DNA of 62,949 nt, filler included, from Chiloscyllium plagiosum (taxonomy: Eukaryota), in NCBI RefSeq assembly GCF_004010195.1. It is 4 parts of one record of this genome, joined end to end, with 100 filler letters (N's around TTAATTAATTAA, not from the genome) between each part and the next. Parts side by side here need not be neighbours in the genome. Positions count along the whole stretch, not along the records: positions 1 to 29,727 come from NC_057715.1; 3 more parts are not named here. One strand, written 5' to 3'. Positions 12,091 through 24,927 of this stretch are shown here, in pieces. Under the pieces are notes generated by a model, which saw only the letters and a list, made by a program, of their open reading frames with translations, had not been told where the DNA came from and ran no database searches. How positions within the stretch are numbered: position 1 is the stretch's first letter; every line of letters begins with the position of its first letter. The position numbers and the translations under genes were made by a program.

Positions 12091-12782
12091 GGCACCTTTC
12101 CCTGCAGCTGCAGGAGATGGAAAACCTGCTCTCACACTATCCCTTTTATCATTCCAAATCTGGCAGAGATTCCCCTGCACTTCCTTTAACCTGCTTTACT
12201 GCATCCATTGCCGCCAATGTGGTCTCCTCTACATCAGAGACCTAGCGCAAACTCAGGGACAGGGAACATCTACGGTGTTTACACTCAAATTAACCCCACC
12301 TCCCAGCTATTTTAACTCCCCCTCCCACTTCCCAACATGCCCATCCTGAGCCCCTCCACCAACAAAACAGGACCACACACAAACTGGAGAAAGAACATCT
12401 CATCGTCTGCCTCAAGAGCTTACAACCATACGGCCTTAACATCAAACTCACCAGCTTTCAAATCTCCCTATCCCCTCTCTCATCCCAGGTCCACCCTTCC
12501 CTTTCCACACCATCCTTTTGACATGACCTAACCTGTCCATTTTCCTTCCCATCTATCCACTCCACAATNNNNNNNNNNNNNNNNNNNNNNNNNNNNNNNN
12601 NNNNNNNNNNNNNNCCCCACCCCCACTCCCTCCCTCTTTAGTTCTCATCTCCCACCCAGTCCTGATCAAATATTCTGATCCGAAACTTCGACACTCCTGC
12701 TCCTCTGATGCTGCTCGACCTGCTGTGCTTTTTCCAGCTGCATACTTGATCAACTTACTTTCCAGCATCTGCAGTTCTCATT
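12091..12782 (+). mobile_element. Penelope-like element 3' fragment (GIY-YIG plus pLTR)
   Basis: CTSFNLLYCIHCRQCGLLYI in ORF 12026-12349; pLTR end gatgctgctcgacctgctgtgctttttccagc...cagcatctgcag. Contains a 46-N gap at 12569-12614. Confidence 0.8.
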
Positions 12783-15250
12783 TTCTAACATCCTTCCTAT
12801 AGCAAGGTGACCAAAACTGAACACAATACTCCAAGTGCAGCCTTACCAATGTTCTGTACAACTGCAACATAACTTCCCAACTTCTATACTCAATGCCCTG
12901 ACTAATGAAGGCCAGTGTGTCAAAAGCCTTCTTCACTGCCTTGTCTACCTGTGACTCCACTTTCAGACAACCATGCACCTGAACTCCAATGACCCTCTGT
13001 TCCACTATACTCCTTGAGGCCCTACCATTAACCATGAAATTCCTACCTTAATTGGACTTTCCAAAACGCAAGACCCGAGTTATCTATATTAAACTCCATT
13101 TGCCATTTCTCAGCCCAGTTCCCCAGCTGATCAAGGTCTTGCTGCAATTTCTGATGATGTTCCTCACTGTGCAAGATACTGCCTATTTTAGTGTCATCTG
13201 GAAACTTACTAATCATACCTTGTACATTCTCATGCAAATCAATGAAGTCCCAAACAGCAACGGTTCCAGCACAAAACTCCTGAGGCACACCACTAGTCAC
13301 TGGCCCCCGGTCAAACACATATCCTTTCACTACTACCCTCTGCTTGCTACCATCAAGCCAATCTCCCTGGGTTCCTTGCAAACTGACCTGCCTGCGCAGC
13401 CTACCATGTGGAACCTTATCAAAGGCCTTACTGAAATCCATATAGATGGCTTGTACCAGCCTGCCCTCATCAACCTTCTTGGTCACTTCAAAGAACTCTA
13501 ACAAATTTGCGAGGCATGATCTCTCTCAGACAAAGTCATGCTGACTACCCCTAATCAAACCGTGTTTTTTTAAATGTAATGTATACTTTATCGCCCAGAG
13601 TCTTCTCAAGCAACTTACTTACCACAGATGCTAGACTTACTGGTCTATTATTCCCAGGTTTTTCTTTGCAGCCCTTCTTGAATAAAGCACAACATTCACC
13701 ACCCTCCAGTCTTCCTCGACCCCACCCCTGGCGAGTAGTGATGCAAAAATATCAACCAGGGCCCCTGCAATTTCGTCTCTAGCCTCGATATATCTGGTCA
13801 GGACATGAAATTTATAATCCTTGTACCTTCTAATACGTCCAAAACCGCTTCTACTATGATATGGTCTGTCCCCCACGACACCACCACTAACTTCCCCAAG
13901 TCTTCATGTTTTTCTCCACAGTAAACACAGAAGTATTCATTGAGGACCTCACCCATCTGCTGCAGTTCCACACAAACATGCCCCCTTTGGTCCTTGAGGG
14001 GTCCTATTCTCTCCCCAGTTGTTAATTTTCCTTTAATATACTTAAGGATCTCTTTAGATTAATCCTAATCTTCTGAGCCAAAGCCCCCTTTTCACCCTTC
14101 TGATTTCCTTCTTCAGTAAACTCCTGTGTCCCTTATACAAGGGGTTCGCTTGATCCCAGCTGCCTGTACGTGAGCCATGCCGCCTTGTTTCTGGTTAAAG
14201 CCTCAATATCGTGTCATCCAGAGTTCCCTACTCCTGCCAACTTTGTCCTTCACCCTCAACAGAAGCATACAGAGCAGGAACTCTTGCTATCACACTTTTA
14301 GATACCTCCCACTTGCCAGAGATCCGTTTGCTGGCAAACAAACTACTCCAATCAGCCCCTGCAAGCTCCTGTCCAACTCATCAAAATTCTCCTTGCCCCA
14401 ATTTGGCACTTGAACCTGTGGACCAGTTTTGTTCTCTCTGTAACTACTTTATAATTAATAGAACTATGGTCACTGACCCCAAAGTGCTCCCCCACTGTCA
14501 ACTGACCTGCCCTATTTCCCAAGACTAGGTCAGGTTTTGACCCTTCCAGAGTAGGGCCCTCTACATACTGCTGGAGGAAATATTCGTGAACACACTTAAG
14601 TTGCACCCCATTTCAGCCATTAACGCTATGGCAGTCCTAGTCTATACGAGGAAAATTAAACTCCCCTACTATGATAGCCCTATTGGTCCTATTTGTTTCC
14701 TTGCATATTTGTTCCTCTAATTCCCATTGACTATTTGGGGGCCTATAGCACAATCCCAATAACACCACCATCCCCTTATTTCTTAGCTCCACCCACAAAG
14801 CCTCACTGGATAATCCCTCAGTTATTTCATCCAGCTACTGCAGTGATACTCCTCTTCATCAAAAATGCAACACTCTCCTCCCTTCTTTCCTCCACTTCCG
14901 TCCCACCTAAAGCACCGGCACTGTGGCCACTTAGGCACATTAAGCTGCCAGTCTTGTCCCTTCCTGAGCCATTTTTCTATAATGGCTAGAATATCCCTGT
15001 CCCATGAGTTCATGAGCATTACCTGTTTGCTCTCTTGAATTTTAATAGATGGAATTTAATCCAACAGACATTCCTCGCTGCCTGTCGTGTTCAAGCCTGA
15101 CCTGTCTCTTCAGCTTGCTATTACCATATCTCCTTCCAGCCTCGCACTTGCCTCTCTGCCGTTGAGGTTCCCACCGCCTGCTGATCAATTTTAAACCCTA
15201 TTTTGGAGCACTAGCAAATCTGCCCACCAGCATATTCACCCTCCTCCACT
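12783..15250 (-). mobile_element. CR1 LINE ORF2 (endonuclease plus RT), fragmented
   Basis: ORFs 12778-13035, 13043-13504 ([24 protein letters not shown]), 14352-14606 (EHFGVSDH) and 14822-15019 (GQDWQLNVP). Confidence 0.92.
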
Positions 15251-15449
15251 TCCTGACTCAAAGTCTACCCACCAGCTGCAAGACCCAAATCCAGAGTGTA
15301 AAAAAATACTCTTCAGCTTCTTGGTCAAGTACAGCTTCAAAAGATTAATTAAGCTCAAAATCCAGGACAAAAGAAGGGCACCTGATTGACTCTTAATTCA
15401 CAACAGATGCACAATGGGAGCATTATCTACAATATATATCACATACACA

Positions 15450-15965
15450 ACTACAGAAATTTGGCATGTCCATAAAGACCCTCACCAACTTTTACAGATG
15501 CATCATACAAAGTATCATAACCAGGTGCATAATGGCTTGGCACAGCAATTGCTCGGCCCAGAACCATAAGAAACAACTTGAAGTTGTGGGCACAGCTCAC
15601 CATGGAAACCAATCTCCCATCCATGGACTCCATCTATACTATTTGTTGCAGTGGAAAGGCTGCTGAAGACCCCTCCCACCCCAGTAAGAGTCTCCTCCAA
15701 CCTCTTCCATCAGGAAGATGATACACAAATTTGAACCCAGGCACCAACACCTTCAAGAACAGCTTCTTTGCTATTAGTCAGCTGAATGGATCTCTCTAAT
15801 TTGAGACTAATGTTGACATCGCTCTGGTGCACCTCCCGTTGAGTCGTAACCTTGTATGCCTCACTGCCTGAGCATCCGACAATTAGCATGTCCTTGTTTG
15901 TTATGATCTACCTGTACAGCTCACAAAATAAAGCTTTTCACTTTACATGACCACAATAAATCAAA
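15450..15965 (+). mobile_element. Rex1/Babar-like LINE 3' fragment
   Basis: ORF 15466-15666 LTNFYRCIIQSIITRCIMAWHSNCSAQ matches the Rex1-type C-terminal motif; ends with aataaatcaaa. Confidence 0.7.
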
Positions 15966-17227
15966 ACAAATTCACCAATCCTCCATCAACAGGACTTCCA
16001 AATTCATCAAGGAAGACAAGGGCAGCAAATACATGGAAAAACCACTAACTCATCCTGACTTTGGACTAAATCATCATTCCTTCACTAGGATAGGGCCTGG
16101 AACTCTATATGTACTGTGGTGCACACACTAGGTGGAGTGCTGAGGTTCAAGAAAATAACTCAATGCCACTTTAAGGGCAGTTGGAAATGAACAGAAAAAA
16201 ATGCTTCAGAAACGAGATCCTGAGACAAGGGCAGAGGGGGACTGGAGAAATCTACACACACTTACTGCTGCTCAGACCATTGGAGCAAGGCTCAGGTCAG
16301 AACATGGTCGCTAATCCAAACTTCAGATCTACTGCCCAAAACCTCACCCTGAGATAACTGGTCATCCTATTAAAAGGATTAAAAAATTAGGGCAGGGGAC
16401 CAAAATGATTGATTGAAGTAGCAAGTTTTCAGAATCCTCTTAAAGACAGTCTCAGAGGCTTAGAGTAGAACTTCCAGAGCTAATTTCAAAACCAGGCTAT
16501 ACAGACAATAGCTCTACCTTAAGCATGAAAATGAAGCTTAGAAATCAGTTGAATGTCATGAAAATCCACACTACCTGCACGAAGTTGTTCAGTTAAGGAC
16601 TGTAGCTGCAGGAAAACATTTCACCACTTTAGTTATCTTTGCATATGGTGCTGTCATAAACCATACAAACACATCATCCACACTTCAGTGAGTATTTCTC
16701 TCTCTCTACTCAATTCAGCAAAATAAGCACTTTGCAATTGACACCCTTAAACCAAGATGGACAATTGCGTCTGATGTAATCTCCACATATTGCCAAAATA
16801 CATGGCACTGAGTAAGGACCCGTGACAATTATAACTTCAAAAGGATAGAATCTTCAGTCTCCAGATGTTAGCACAGGATGCAATTTTGGCTAATCCCCCA
16901 CACCATGCTTTTAAGGATAAACACTCAGATACATTTCAACTATCATAAAAAGTAAAGCTAAACTCCAAGGCTTTCAACATTTAGGAAATGCTAGATGACA
17001 GATAGGCACATGCTCAGAATTTAAACCAGTTTCCAACTATATACTGCTCAAGAAATATTTCAAGGTGCATAATCAGAGGAAGGTCTGTTATAAGACTAAC
17101 TCATCTGGAAAATAAAACTGGGTTCCAGTTTATTAAAATTAAGATTTCAGATTAATACAATTTATCTTTTCTTAGCTTTGTCAGTGGCACACAGTCTGTC
17201 ATGTCACTTTGCCATGACAATCTCTGA

Positions 17228-17950
17228 ATGAGCAGACAGTGGAGGCCCTTTGGCCCATTGAGTCTGCACCGACAAGATAGTCTAAATCTACTTTAGTCCC
17301 ATGTGCCCACATTTGGACCATTGTCTTAGATATTAAGTAGTTTCAAATGGTCACCCATGTACTTTTTAAAAAGGGTTCAACTACCCTCTCAGGCAATGCA
17401 TTCCAGATGCCCAAACATCCTTTGGGTGAGAAACATTCTCAAAAGCCCTCCAAAATCTCCCCACTTTTTCACCTAAAAACAAGTCCCTTTGGTAATGACC
17501 CTTCAATTGAAGCGAACAGCTGCTTTCTATGCACCTTGTCAGTACTGCTGAATCTTACATACCTTAATCAGGACCCCACCCAGCCTTCTCTGCTCAAAAG
17601 AAAAGAACCTGAGCCTATAGAGTCTCTCTCTTCAGGGTAAAGTCACTTGATCCCAGGCAGCATTCTGGTGAATCTCTTCTACGCTGCTCGTGTAATACAT
17701 CCTCCCTATAGTGCAGCAACCAGAACTGGATATAGTGCTCTGCCTGTGGCCTCACTAAAGTTCTGAACAGCTCCATCGTAAGCTCCCTGTTCTCAATCTA
17801 AGCTACGATTGATGAAATCAAGTAGCCCATGTGCCTTCTTAATTACCCTATTAACCTGCTCCTGATGCCTTAGAGGATCTGTGGAGAAGCAACCCAAGAC
17901 GCCAGTTATTCACAGAGCATTCCTTTGTCTTCCAAAATACATTACCTCAC
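17228..17950 (-). mobile_element. Degenerate CR1 LINE 3' fragment
   Basis: Reverse-complement CR1 3' UTR (ggccctttggcccattgagtc) followed by ORF2 C-terminal remnants. Confidence 0.7.
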
Positions 17951-17956
17951 ACTTAT

Positions 17957-18287
17957 GTGGCATGGTGGCTCAGCAGTTAGCACTGCTGCCATAAAGTGCC
18001 AGGGACCCAGGTTCAATTCCAACCCTTGAGCGACTGTGTGGAGAATACACACATTCTTCCCACGTTTATGTGGGTTTCCTCCGGGTGCCTCCCACAGTCC
18101 AAAGATGTCCACATTAGGTAGATTTGCCATAGTAAATTGCCCATAGTGTCCAGGAATGCGCAGACTAGGTGAATTAGCCAGGGGAAATGCAGGGATAGGG
18201 TGGGTCTGGGTGGAATGCTCTTTGGAGAATCGGTGTGGACTCTATGCACTGAAATTGTCTGTTTCCACATTGTAGGGATTCTATGAT
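17957..18287 (+). mobile_element. HE1-like tRNA-derived V-SINE
   Basis: A box (ggtggctcagcagttagc), B box (ggttcaattcc), V-domain-like gtgggtttcctccgggtgc...cccacagtccaaagatgt, CR1-type tail. Confidence 0.85.
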
Positions 18288-18648
18288 TATTAATAGGGCT
18301 ACATTCTTTCCGTCTTACCAACCTTATTCCACAATTTCAAATCCAATTTCTTTTGAGAAAAAGCCACCATTCTAAGAATTAATATTCCACTAGACAGAGA
18401 CCTTTTGTAAGTGGAACAGTTATGAATGTCTCTTGCAAACCAGAGGAAGCATTCAGCAAAAGCAAGGTTGAGGAGACACCTTTACATCAGCAAAACCAAT
18501 TCAAATGGATCTCATGAACAAAGATTGTGGAACTATTTTTCTAGTTTTACTTCTGCTCATGCATCTTTCCCCATTGGTGCATGTAAAGGGGAGTTGAAGT
18601 GCTGAGTTTTAATTTGCAGTGTTTACTGACTTTAATTGTCATTTATGT

Positions 18649-19355
18649 TGTTATGAAGGTGCAGAGATATTCTATACCTTCGAGAGAGAGGAAGCTAGCA
18701 AGGACTGACTGAAAGCAAAGTGTCCTGAACGAGGTTAAAATATCACACTTGGTCAAAACAAATAGCTGGAATTGTGTTGCTACGGAATAAAATCAAATTC
18801 GGCCAGTTTAAATTATGCCCTAAGATACCAAAATCAAATTAAATTTGAAATATAATGTTTTTGATGACATCAAAACCTTTTGAAATGATCGATGTTTTGG
18901 GGCATAAAACCGGACATTTTGAATAGTTGGGGGAGAACTACAGAGAACTGCCAAGCACTAAGTATAGACTGCTAGATGAATAGCTCTCCGAAGGGTACCT
19001 GTTCATATGAAAGACTTGCGAATACTGAAATGACAACAGAGGAAAACCTGCAGAGGAAGATACAAAGTAGATTTGGCAGCTGGCTGGTTTTGAAACATTT
19101 TATGTAAACCTTAAACGGGACTTTTAATCGGGCCAGTCTTGTAGAGTGTGAGGTAAAAGACAGGTTTGAGAAAGGAATTCTAAACAGTTGTTTAATGTTC
19201 TCTTTTGGAATTAAAGAATAAAACTGTTAATTTTTACTTTAATTAGTGACCACTGGGATGGTTCTTGGTCTCTCGAAATTTAACAATTACAGCGCGAGGT
19301 AAGCTTCTGCGTGTCAGGTTTAAGTTAACACAGGGGTTTACCCTGCATCATAACA
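18649..19355 (+). mobile_element. Probable solo LTR (Gypsy-type), 707 bp
   Basis: Inverted termini TGTTATGA...TCATAACA, flanks atgt/atct (near 4-bp TSD), TATA-like gcataaaa near 18902 and AATAAA near 19217. Confidence 0.7.
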
Positions 19356-19839
19356 ATCTTGTTAAGTACAGAAACCTGGTCTGGTGTATTCTATCAATCT
19401 AGGTCTAAAACCAGCTATCAGGGCTCTTGCATGTTTCTTTTTAAAAAAATCTTCAATTGAGAGTGAAGTCTGGGAATAGAACAGCTTGTTTCTGGTGCCC
19501 TAAGTCATGACATAGTCTAGTTTATATAATGATTCCAGGCTTTATTAAAAACGATTGAATTTATGGCTCAAGGCCATTAATTGAGTTTAAAATAAGACTA
19601 ATGCTAAAATCCAATGACTTGAAATCACAGTCCAAGATGGCCAAATATTTGCATCATTACCTTATGAAACCTCAAATGGAGGCAGTCCAAACGCAAAGCC
19701 TCACCAGCAAAAGTGCCTTAATGGAGCATCAATGGGGACCATCTTCTACTCCATTAGCAAGGCATTCAGAAAGACTTGTTTTAAAATTCACTTGAGTGTG
19801 TATATTTATGTGCGCATGTGTGTATATGTATGTGTGCAC

Positions 19840-20370
19840 GAGTCAGTAATTGGGCCAATTTTGATTTCGTGTTACCCTCGAGACATTCCTTCTTGAATCA
19901 GTGCAATCCATCTGCTGCAGGGAGGGAGGGAGTTCCATGATTTTGACCCAGTGACATTAAAGGAATGGAGATCTACTTTCACGTCAGGGTGGTGAGAAAC
20001 GTGGAGGGAAACTTACAGCTCATGTTTTTATGAATCTGCTGACCTTCTTCTCTATGCAAGTTCTTGTGGGTTTGGAAGGTGATGTTTAAGGATCTTTGGT
20101 GAATTTCTGCGGTGCATCTTCTGATGGTACACACTGTTGGTACTAAGCGTCAGAGGTGGAAGGAATGAATGGTTGTGGAGATGGTTGCTTTGACCTGGAT
20201 AGTATCAAGCTTCTTTGAGTGTTGTTGGTGCTGCACTCATCCAGGAAAATGAGGAATATGCCATTATACATCTGTCTTTTGCCTTGTAGGCAGTTTTGGG
20301 GAGTCAGAAGGTAAGTTACTTGCTGCAGCACTCAGTTTCTGACCTGCTCTTGTAACCATTGTCTTTATAT
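19840..20370 (-). mobile_element. L2-clade LINE 3' fragment
   Basis: Same family as 47420-48260 (gagttccatgattttgacccagtgaca; ggtgaatttctgc; ttgttggtgctgcactcatccagg). Confidence 0.7.
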
Positions 20371-21484
20371 GGTACACTGGAATCCAATGTACAACCATTA
20401 TGTTTGGGTTAACTGGTCAGGTAACAAGTGAGCTAGCACTATGTTAAGCATAGTACCAACATAAGCATATGAAACACTGAAAAGAGACAGATCTTGCATG
20501 GGAACTCTCTCCATTCCCCGAATCCAACTTAGAAATTTTTAACCCTACCCGTTGATTTTGATAGTTTACAATAACTCAACCCAGTGGCTCCTGACTCGCA
20601 GGAGAATCAATATTCTATGTACGTCTTTAAACTCAATGTCAATCCCCGAGGACCATCAGGGAGGAATGATGTTATGCTTGAAACATTGACATTCCTGCTC
20701 CTCAGATGCCTGACTGGTTGTGCTTTTCCAGCACCACACGTTTTGACCCCGAGTACCAGCAAGCTAGTCCAAAGCACAAACATTTAACTCCGGACTTCAT
20801 TTTATCTATCCTTCACTGTAAGATGCATGGGGGTGAACCAAGCATGTAGCCATGTCAAATTTGGAGCATTTCTATTATTTAGACTTGGATGAGGTAAAGT
20901 ACAATAAACACTGTTCTCTTTTTAAACAAACAGAAGGAAATCTGTCTGTTTAACAATTAGCCACTCAGTAAGCTGACAAATGCATTCTTTTAAAAAAGCT
21001 GCGGCACTCAAACAGCAAATTGGACAAAAGGAGGACCATTCTAACTCTCCTCACCCAATCTTAAATAAAACTGAACATTTCCAAAGGTAAAGGACTAAGT
21101 GAAAAAACTGCAAAATATTGAACAGATGGGATTTTCAGGATCAGTGTTTTATCGAGTAACAAAGTCAACAGTTTAACGTGGGATGCTAGGAAAGTCATGA
21201 CTTAAAGAAACTGTTCAAAAAGATAGGAAATCATAATTATTGCCTCAATTATTAGCAGGGGCCTCCTGCTAATAGTTGCCTAGTACCCCTTTTTGTACTT
21301 GTAAGGAAGTACAAGTACTTGAGTTGTAAGGAAGCCACACCAGATACGACAAGCCTTTCACTTCTCAGTAAAATTCCTGGGAACTATTTAGAAGTTTCCT
21401 AAAATCTGTATTTCTGACTATCTTAGTTGTGAATAGCTTATCAGCAGCCACTTACCAAACAATTGAATCAATCTGGTTTTCAAT

Positions 21485-22520
21485 GTAAACACATGGTATG
21501 ATCATGTGGAGTTAGGGGAATATATTAGTTTGGATAGCAGATGATCTAACCACGACAAATCAGAGATAATGGGTCTTTTTCTGGGTCAGCAAAACTAAAC
21601 TAATGGGTGCCACAAGCTTTGATCATTGGGCCCCAACTGTTTATAACTGGTATTCATGACTTGGATGCAGGGATGGGAGGTAGTTTGCAGACAAGACTAC
21701 AACAGGTAGGAAAGCAAGTTGCAATGAAGAATTAAAAATTTCTAAGTGGGTATGAATAGGTTAGGGCCTAAATATGGCAGATGGAGTTCAATGTAGCCAA
21801 GCAAGAGGTTATCCATTTTGGTCAGAAGAATAGAAAGACAATGATCTAAAATGGAGAGAAACTTCAGAATGATTCAGTGCAGCAAGATCTAGATGTCCCC
21901 TTGCACCCATTGCAGAAAACTAATATACAGATACAGCAGCTAAAGGCGGCAAATCGAATTTTGGCATTTATAGCAAAAGGAATAGAGAGTATAAAAGCAG
22001 TGAAGTGTTGCAGCCCAGTGTAAGACATTAGTGAGGGCGAGTTGCATTGGAGGCAGTTCAGAGGAGGTTCACCAGATTGATTGCAGGGATGAGGGGCTTG
22101 TCTTCCAAAGAGAGATTGAGCAGTTTAGGCCTGTACTCGAGTTCAGGATAATGTGAGGAGATCTAATTGAAGTATAACATGATAAAAGGGATGGACAAAG
22201 TACATGCTTTTCCTTGTGGGGCAATCTAGAATAAATGTGCATGATGTTAGGATAAGGAATAGCAGATTTAAATCACACGAGGAGGTATTACTTCTCGCAA
22301 AGCATCGAAAGACTACAGAATACACGACCCTAGAATGCAGTAGATGCTGTCATATTGAGTAAAGTTGAGGAGATGGACAGAATTTTAATTAGTAAATCTG
22401 TTGAAGGGTACAGAGAGCAAGCAGCAAAGTCAAGACTAGGCCACAATGATCGACTAGCCATGGTCGTAATGAATGGAGGAGCAGGCTTCAGGAGCTGAAT
22501 TGCCTATTTCTGCTCCGAAC
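21485..22520 (+). mobile_element. Degenerate CR1 LINE RT and 3' region
   Basis: tggcagatggagttcaatgta (WQMEFNV), gcagttcagaggaggttcaccaga and 3' UTR motifs. Confidence 0.8.
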
Positions 22521-23640
22521 CTTGCATGCTCCTTTGTAGACTGAAGATCCTCTTATCAGTCTACAGTTGTCCCCAATGCATTTTCATTGAAGGAAATGCA
22601 GTTGACAAGTCTTTGCATTCCGTCCTTCGTTTTTGGACCCTTGGCGCAAAGGTGCGTTTTCCTTTTCTGAAGGACATCTCTGTGGAGTTTTGTTTTAAAA
22701 CAATGTTGTACTGAACTGTATTTGGGTTCAAGGGATATAGTTCTAATTCTGGATTTATAGGTTAGATGCCAATCAATGTTTGCGACCTGTTTTAAGAATG
22801 AAGTGGTGTGATAATAAACAGATTTTTAAAAATGCATTGAAGCAGCCTGATTAATGTCTCTTATTCGGAATAGCAGTACCAAGAGAAACAATTAGCCATT
22901 TTGTGATTCACTTAACACTTTTTCTCATGTTGTAATTGGTGAAATAGTGTCAGAGAGATGTACAGCATGGAAACAGACCCTTTGGTCTAACCCGTCCATG
23001 CTGACCAGATATCCCAACCCAATATTGGAGATTACCAGCACATTCCTTCCATCACAGCTGCAACACAACATGGAAAGGTTGCTGCAAAATTAAATGCTTC
23101 TTCCAGAGAGAATACAGATATAAAGAGGATACATCTCCACCAGCCAAAAACAGCTATTGCCAAGTATACCACTTTGGGAAACATGTTTCCCCAGAGTTCA
23201 AAGAAAGTGAAATATAAACCAGAATTATGTATTGCCCCAGAGGCATGTTGTTTTCCAACAGCCAGTTGAAGGATTATTATTCCAAAGACTAACGGGAGTG
23301 TATTATTATTGACAGTGAAAAATTACAGGATTCTATCTCCTGAATCCTGACCCCATTCTCTTCCTGTCACAAAGGCTCTCTTGCTACGTCTCAAATAACC
23401 ATCCAACTTACACCCTTCATGGTACTTAACTTCAAATAATTCAATTAACAGTACACTATCCAGAACAGCCTTCTGAGACTTGAACAACATTTACTCGGTT
23501 ACTATGCCACTGTTTCAAAATAAGGGTTCATCCATTTATGCCAGAGTTAAGGAGTTTTCCCACCCCAAGAAAACCATAGGTTTTTGGAAGTATTCCTCAA
23601 AAAAATAATGGTTGGGAGGTGATGGCGTTGGACTAGTGTG

Positions 23641-24530
23641 GACAAAGTTAAAAATCACAACACCAGATTATAGTCCAACAGGACTATTTGGAAGCACTAG
23701 CCTTTGAAGACTGCTCCTTCATCATGTGGTTGTGAGGATCATAAGGCACAGGATTTATAGCAAAAGTGTTAATGTCATGGAGCTATAATGATACATTAAT
23801 CTAAATTTAAGTCTTTCGTCTTTTACAATGGGGTATGCTAGTTTTAGTTCTTCAATATGTAAATCCCAGAACTCCTTTTAAATTACATTCTCAAGATAGC
23901 TTTAGCTTTTCTAGCAATAAGTGCCATCTCAGCTCAGACAATGCTTTCAAGGTGTGAGGTTTAAGTCTGTGATCCAATGTTGATTGGTCTGCTTGTCTTT
24001 CTAAAGTGGGACTTGAAGACTTGTACATGGATTTATGCAGTTTTTGAGCAAAATGAAATTTATTTCTGCAAATACAAATTCATCTTTTAAACTGGTGTGT
24101 GTACACATGTAGGAGACTCAGTGTGTATGTGCATGTGAGTATATGCGCATTTCAAAGTGTGTGCATGCGTCCAGTCTCCCCAATGTAAAGACTTTAACCT
24201 TACAGCTTGAAAGCATTGTCTAAGCTGAGATGGCACTTATTGCAAGAAAAGCTAAAACTATCTTAAGAAAGTAACTTAAAAGGAGTTATGGGATTTACAT
24301 AATTAAAGAACTGAAACTAGCATAGCCCATTCTAAAAGATGAAAGACTTAATCTAAATTTGTTCAATATATCATTACAGCTCCAGGACACTGAAAACCTT
24401 TTGCTTTAAATTCTGTGTCTTATGATCCTATACTCCACAACTACCTGACGAAGGAGTAGTGCTTTGAAAGCTAGTGCTTCCAAATAAACCCGTTGGACAA
24501 TAGCCTGGTGTTGTGATTTTTAACTTTGTC
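23641..24530. mobile_element. Fold-back PLE-derived element with about 330-bp inverted arms, inserted in a CR1 3' end
   Basis: 23641-23968 is the imperfect reverse complement of 24190-24530. TG-rich spacer. Hammerhead-like core in each arm. Confidence 0.8.
24445..24473 (+). ncRNA. Hammerhead-like core (degenerate)
   Basis: CTGACGA-AGGAGTAGTGCTTT-GAAA-GCTA. Confidence 0.5.
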
Positions 24531-24718
24531 AAAAAATGGTGAAGAGTAGAGTTCTTGAATATTGTTAAGGCAGAAGTAGATAGATCCTGGAATAGGCAAG
24601 GTGGTGAAAGGTTAATCAGGGTAGGCCAAATGGGGAGAAAAATGATCACGATCTTACTGAAGGGTGGAATAAGCCCACTCCTGCACCTACTTAACATGTT
24701 TGTATATGTTCCTACCTT

Positions 24719-24927
24719 TGAGGAGAAAGTGAGGTCTGCAGATGCTGGAGATCAGAGCTGAAAATGTGTTGCTGGAACAGCGCAGCATGTCAGGCAGCAT
24801 CCAGGGAACAGGAGAATCGACGTTTCGGACATAAGCCCTTCCTGAAGGGCTTACGCCCGAAACGTCGATTCTCCTGTTCCCTGGATGCTGCCTGACCTGC
24901 TGCACTTTCCAGCAACACATTTTCAGC
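24719..24927. mobile_element. Palindromic mini-PLE (inverted pLTR pair) with 14-bp TSD
   Basis: Arms gctgaaaatgtgttgctgg...agcccttc / gaagggct...ccagcaacacattttcagc. TSD tatgttcctacctt at 24705-24718 and 24928-24941. Confidence 0.9.

Noticed and set aside
17957..18030. tRNA-like sequence
   Set aside because: It is the head of an HE1-like SINE, not a tRNA gene; the same applies to the other SINE heads.
21250..21274. 10-bp stem hairpin tattagcagg/cctgctaata
   Set aside because: Short enough to arise by chance in 63 kb; no supporting context.
24719..24927. Palindromes as DNA-transposon MITEs or CRISPR-like repeats
   Set aside because: Arms match PLE terminal repeats, the ends are asymmetric, TSDs are long and variable, and there is no repeat-spacer periodicity.
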